NCBI RefSeq assembly: GCF_006345805.1
Contig: NC_043001.1
Location: 16,306,001 to 16,370,000 of the forward strand
Direction of reading: 5' to 3'
Length of the DNA stretch: 64,000 bases
Source of the DNA: Octopus sinensis
Lineage: Eukaryota
A model generated the notes under the pieces. The model worked only from the letters and a program-made list of their open reading frames with translations. It was not told where the DNA came from and searched no databases. The translations under genes were made by a program, and so were the position numbers. Below, in pieces: positions 60,165-64,000 of the stretch (position 1 is its first letter; every line of letters begins with the position of its first letter).

Positions 60165-62415
60165 TATGTCCAGTACTGAGGAGCGGCAGTAGACCAGGAC
60201 TGGTCAACTGACCCTGTCACTAGGAGATGGTAGGGGTTCGCTCCCCTGCTCACAATTTTATCGGATGCAGCTGTGCATCTTTAACCAGCTAGGAGAGACA
60301 TATTCTTGGGGTTAAATAGTCGCATTAGAGTCCACTCGAATGGACAACCATGTTAAAGTGGCTACGAATATTATTTATATATATAAATATGCACATGTAT
60401 ATATATATATGTGTGTATATCATCATCATCATTTAATGCCTATCTTTCATGCATGCATGGGTAGGATGGTTGACAGGAGCCAGCCAGGTAGAAAACCACC
60501 CCAGATTACTGTGTCTGTGTTGGCATGGCTTTTACAGCTGGATGCCCTTCATAACATCGACAACTCTGCAGAGTGGACTCGGTGCTTTTTATGGGGCCTT
60601 AGCATGGGCGAGGTTAGTTTTGCCAAGGTTTTACAGCTGGATGCCCTTCATAACATCGACAACTCTGCAGAGTGGACTCGGTGCTTTTTATGGGGCCTTA
60701 GCATGGGCGAGGTTAGTTTTGCCAAGGTTTTACAGCTGGATGCCCTTCATAACATCGACAACTCTGCAGAGTGGACTCGGTGCTTTTTATGGGGCCTTAG
60801 CATGGGCGAGGTTAGTTTTGCCAAGGTTTTACAGCTGGATGCCCTTCATAACATCGACAACTCTGCAGAGTGGACTCGGTGCTTTTTATGGGGCCTTAGC
60901 ATGGCGAGGTTAGTTTTGCCAAGGTTTTACAGCTGGATGCCCTTCATAACATCGACACTCTGCAGAGTGGACTCGGTGCTTTTTATGGGGCCTTAGCATG
61001 GGCGAGGTTAGTTTTGCCAAGGTTTTACAGCTGGATGCCTTCATAACATCGACAACTCTGCAGAGTGGACTCGGTGCTTTTTATGGGGCCTTAGCATGGG
61101 CGAGTTAGTTTTGCCAAGGTTTTACAGCTGGATGCCCTTCATAACATCGACAACTCTGCAGAGTGGACTCGGTGCTTTTTATGGGGCCTTAGCATGGGCG
61201 AGGTTAGTTTTGCCAAGGTTTTACAGCTGGATGCCCTTCATACATCGACAACTCTGCAGAGTGGACTCGGTGCTTTTTATGGGGCCTTAGCATGGGCGAG
61301 GTTAGTTTTGCCAAGGTTTTACAGCTGGATGCCCTTCATAACATCGACAACTCTGCAGAGTGGACTCGTGCTTTTTATGGGGCCTTAGCATGGGCGAGGT
61401 TAGTTTTGCCAAGGTTTTACAGCTGGATGCCCTTCATAACATCGACAACTCTGCAGAGTGGACTCGGTGCTTTTTATGGGGCCTTAGCATGGGCGAGGTA
61501 GTTTTGCCAAGGTTTTACAGCTGGATGCCCTTCATAACATCGACAACTCTGCAGAGTGGACTCGGTGCTTTTTATGGGGCCTTAGCATGGCGAGGTTAGT
61601 TTTGCCAAGGTTTTACAGCTGGATGCCCTTCATAACATCGACAACTCTGCAGAGTGGACTCGGTGCTTTTTATGGGGCCTTAGCATGGGCGAGTTAGTTT
61701 TGCCAAGGTTTTACAGCTGGATGCCCTTCATAACATCGACAACTCTGCAGAGTGGACTCGGTGCTTTTTATGGGGCCTTAGCATGGGCGAGGTTAGTTTT
61801 GCCAAGGTTTTACAGCTGGATGCCCTTCATAACATCGACAACTCTGCAGAGTGGACTCGGTGCTTTTTATGGGGCCTTAGCATGGGCGAGGTTAGTTTTG
61901 CCAAGGTTTTACAGCTGGATGCCCTTCATAACATCGACAACTCTGCAGAGTGGACTCGGTGCTTTTTATGGGGCCTTAGCATGGGCGAGGTTAGTTTTGC
62001 CAAGGTTTTACAGCTGGATGCCCTTCCAAATGCCAACCACCTTACAGTGGGGACTGGATGCTTTTACATGGCACCACACTGGCAGGGTCACCAAGTAACT
62101 CACAAGACAAGGAATTTTGAGAGGAGCAGGGATATTTGAGGTGAGGAACTTGTCTCAGAGGATGAAAGGTTAAACTGTGACAGAGAGACAGAAAGGCAGA
62201 AACAGGTGTGTTACTATAACAGAGGGGGCATTGGAGGAAGTGATCCAATACCACACACACACACACACATATGTGTATGTGTGTGTTTTGATACATATAT
62301 CTTTGTCTATGTATGCACAGGTTCAAGAATGAGGCTCGATATACAGGAGAATATCAGTATAACAAGAAACATGGTCAGGGCACATTTATATATCCTGATG
62401 GCTCTAAATACGAAG
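53738..62415 (+). CDS. RSPH1: Radial spoke head protein 1 (MORN repeats); exons 1-3, remainder outside window
   Basis: Spliced 54+125+95 = 274 nt: [91 protein letters not shown], collinear with vertebrate RSPH1. Confidence 0.95.
53988..54290. repeat. (TACA)n/(CA)n microsatellite in RSPH1 intron 1
   Basis: Seen directly in the sequence. Confidence 0.97.
54904..55145. repeat. Near-perfect palindrome, 118-bp arms, 6-nt loop
   Basis: 54904-55021 pairs with 55028-55145; one mismatch (54982/55067). Confidence 0.95.
55321..55365 (-). ncRNA. Degenerate hammerhead-like motif (family HH-E)
   Basis: TTACTT|TTGACAA|TCTT-TTACCA-AAGA-GT|GAAA|CCGG|TT|AAGTAA. Perfect 6-bp helix I and ACCGGT palindrome, but the core has C3U and G8A. 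Confidence 0.5.
55675..56011. repeat. Palindrome with 169/167-bp arms and a 1-nt centre (55844)
   Basis: ..CCCCTTCAAGCATCA-C-TGATGCTTGAAGGGG..; the only difference seen is a 2-nt indel near the outer end. Confidence 0.95.
56210..56925 (+). mobile_element. R4/Dong-like non-LTR 3' remnant next to (AAT)n
   Basis: Decayed CR.C..EETINH zinc knuckle, then [16 protein letters not shown]...LIDVSIP..N...[16 protein letters not shown]...IPIVVGALG. Confidence 0.85.
57868..58412. mobile_element. Possible hAT-type MITE with an internal 44-bp inverted repeat
   Basis: CAAGGCTGGCCAAC...GTTGGCCAGG termini (imperfect); 58069-58112 is mirrored at 58195-58238. Confidence 0.4.
58473..58597 (+). CDS. RSPH1: RSPH1 exon 2
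   Basis: Acceptor TTTTGTAACACAG, donor AG|GTGAGA, MORN repeats, phase 0 to 2. Confidence 0.95.
60530..62026. repeat. 99-bp tandem array (~15 copies) amplified from inside SINE family C
   Basis: Unit TTTTACAGCTGGATGCCCTTCATAACATCGACAACTCTGCAGAGTGGACTCGGTGCTTTTTATGGGGCCTTAGCATGGGCGAGGTTAGTTTTGCCAAGG; copies differ only by scattered 1-nt deletions. Confidence 0.97.
62321..62415 (+). CDS. RSPH1: RSPH1 exon 3
   Basis: Acceptor GTATGCACAG, donor G|[24 protein letters not shown], phase 2 to 1. Confidence 0.95.
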
Positions 62416-62449
62416 GTTAGTATAGATTTCCATCTTGTTTTTTCATACA

Positions 62450-62595
62450 TTATTTACATTATTTACATTTGATAGATATTTGTCCTCATCTTGTTTGTTG
62501 TTAACACAACATTTCAGCTGATATACCTTCCAGCCTTCATCAGGTGTCTTGGGGAAGTTTCGAAGCTGGGTTCTCATTCTTAAGGTATTTTTCGA

Positions 62596-62650
<55 letters not shown>

Positions 62651-62822
62651 TAGGCCAGTGCCTGGAATTGAACTCAGAATCTTGGGGTTAGTAGTTAAGC
62701 GCACGGGCTACTAACCCTAAGATTCTGAGTTTGATTCCAGGCAGTGACCTGAATAATAATAATAACAATAATAATGATATCGAAAAATACCTTAGGAATG
62801 AGAACCCAGGTTCGAAATTTCC
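62450..62822. mobile_element. tRNA-headed, hammerhead-tailed element as a head-to-head foldback
   Basis: Arms 62652-62694/62708-62750 carry B boxes (GAGTTCAATTCC, GAGTTTGATTCC); (TTA)n pairs with (AAT)n; 62556-62600 pairs with 62778-62822. Confidence 0.7.
62503..62548 (-). ncRNA. Minimal hammerhead, CpG-decayed (family HH-D)
   Basis: GACAC|CTGATGA|A|GGCTG-GAAGGTATAT-CAGCT|GAAA|TG|TT|GTGTT. Two C-to-T changes at inferred CpGs (CCGAAACG to CTGAAATG). Confidence 0.7.
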
Positions 62823-63499
62823 TGTGCCCAGGGGCCATCTTGATAAAACTATCCTGTTCCTTTATTAGTTACTTCTATTTGGATTGTTGTTGATATTTCT
62901 TTGAGTGAGGAGACCTATAGAGTCAAGTACATCAACATCAAAATAAATACCAAATGGAAATTGTAGTTGTGATACATGTGTCGGTGGCACGTAAAAAGCA
63001 CCATCCGAACGTGGCTGATGCCAGCGCTGCCTTGACTGGCTTCTGTGCTGGTGGCAAGTAAAAAGCACCAACTGATTGTGGACATTGCCAGCTTACCCTG
63101 GCACCTGTGCCGGTGGCACGTAAAAAGCACCCTCAACACTCACAGAGTGGTTGGCGTTAGAAAGGGCAACCTGCTGTAGAAACACCGTTTGCCAGCCTTG
63201 ACTGGCCCCCGTGCCGGTGGCATGTAAAAAGCACCATCCAATCATGGCCGTTTGCCAGCCTCATCTGGCACCTGTGCCGGTGGCACGTAAAAGGCACCCA
63301 CTACACTCACAGAGTGGTTGGCATTAGGAAGGGCATCCAGCTGTAGAAACACTGCCAGATCAGACTGGAGCCTTGTGCAGCCTCCTGGCTTCCAAGACCC
63401 CGGTGGAACCGTCCAACCCATGCTAGCACGGAAAACGGACGTTAAACAATGATGAATACACAAGAGGGCCTTAATCTCTTTCATGAAAACTGGCTCATT

Positions 63500-63900
63500 T
63501 CACCTTCCATGTCTTATCTCATCCTGTCTTGAGGCATATCGCATACCTGGCTATCATGCCTTCAGGGCCTGTTTGCCATGACAGTTTGGTTGTTCTGCAT
63601 TCTCTGCCATTCCAAGTTTTGTGTACTTAGGGATAGACATTCTCACCCTCAAGCATACCCCATCAGTTCACCCGTATAAAGCCAGGTCACTCAAAATAGG
63701 ATCCAGGGTGTGGTTACTCCTGTACATTGCAGCCTCTGCAGAGCCATATGTGAATATGATGCTGGAGTGAAAAACCAGACAGGATCCTGGCCGACCCTTG
63801 AAGGGAACCAACTGCTTCTCACTGTGAGGTAGTATCCCTCTTCCTGCATTCTACACCCTAATCTTTCTAATGTCAGAATACAAAGAAGTTGTTGCAAGTG
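63500..63900 (-). mobile_element. Decayed RTE-like LINE 3' fragment
   Basis: WILF*VTWLYTG...ECL...WQ.MQNNQTV..R...SQVCDM.QDRMR resembles the RTE ORF2 C-terminus. Confidence 0.45.
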
Positions 63901-64000
63901 CAGCATGCCAGATGATTTCTTTTTTTTTTTTTAAAGCATTCGCTCATTACAAGGTCCCTGTCTTGTCTTGAGACAGCATTCACCCGGGATGGGTTGAGCT

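Noticed and set aside
60165-60345. CTGAGGAG...CTCGAATGGAC with GTCCA complementarity
   Set aside because: No GAAA and no room for helix I.
60340-62139. Repeat-protein ORFs of 118-218 aa
   Set aside because: They arise from a 99-bp SINE-derived array inside an RSPH1 intron and are broken by random indels.
1633-62750. tRNA genes
   Set aside because: All tRNA-like segments run into SINE bodies and lack an acceptor stem.
62416-64000. RSPH1 exon 4
   Set aside because: No phase-1 exon with the expected W..D.RHG.G.Y MORN pattern was found; presumably beyond the window.

Overview
AT-rich, microsatellite-dense eukaryotic DNA, most likely octopus (coleoid cephalopod), inferred from the repeat landscape and not from a database match. 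Two host genes are supported by spliced, in-frame exons. (1) A minus-strand GH35 beta-galactosidase (GLB1L2/GLB1L3-like): exon 1 at 35068-34920 with a signal-anchor, a 27.1-kb intron, and exon 2 at 7807-7619; the rest lies left of the window. (2) Plus-strand RSPH1, a MORN-repeat radial spoke head protein: exons 53738-53791, 58473-58597 and 62321-62415, preceded by an RFX X-box and forkhead sites. Nearly all remaining sequence is mobile DNA or repeats: a near-intact mariner, decayed mariner, Tc1, Gypsy, RTE, CR1 and R4/Dong-like fragments, piggyBac-type and Tc1/mariner MITEs, Helentron-like elements, several tRNA-derived SINE families, satellites (85 bp, 99 bp, ~180 bp SINE multimers) and a 2-kb purine tract. 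The long ORFs in the supplied track are mostly microsatellite or SINE artefacts. The most striking hidden signal is six hammerhead-ribozyme motifs from five unrelated non-coding repeat families (11927-12025 +, 12527-12562 -, 12940-12975 +, 40118-40220 -, 55321-55365 -, 62503-62548 -). Most sit in foldback structures typical of Penelope-like retroelement ends, and one is fused to a tRNA-like Pol III head. All folds were derived by hand; activity is untested.
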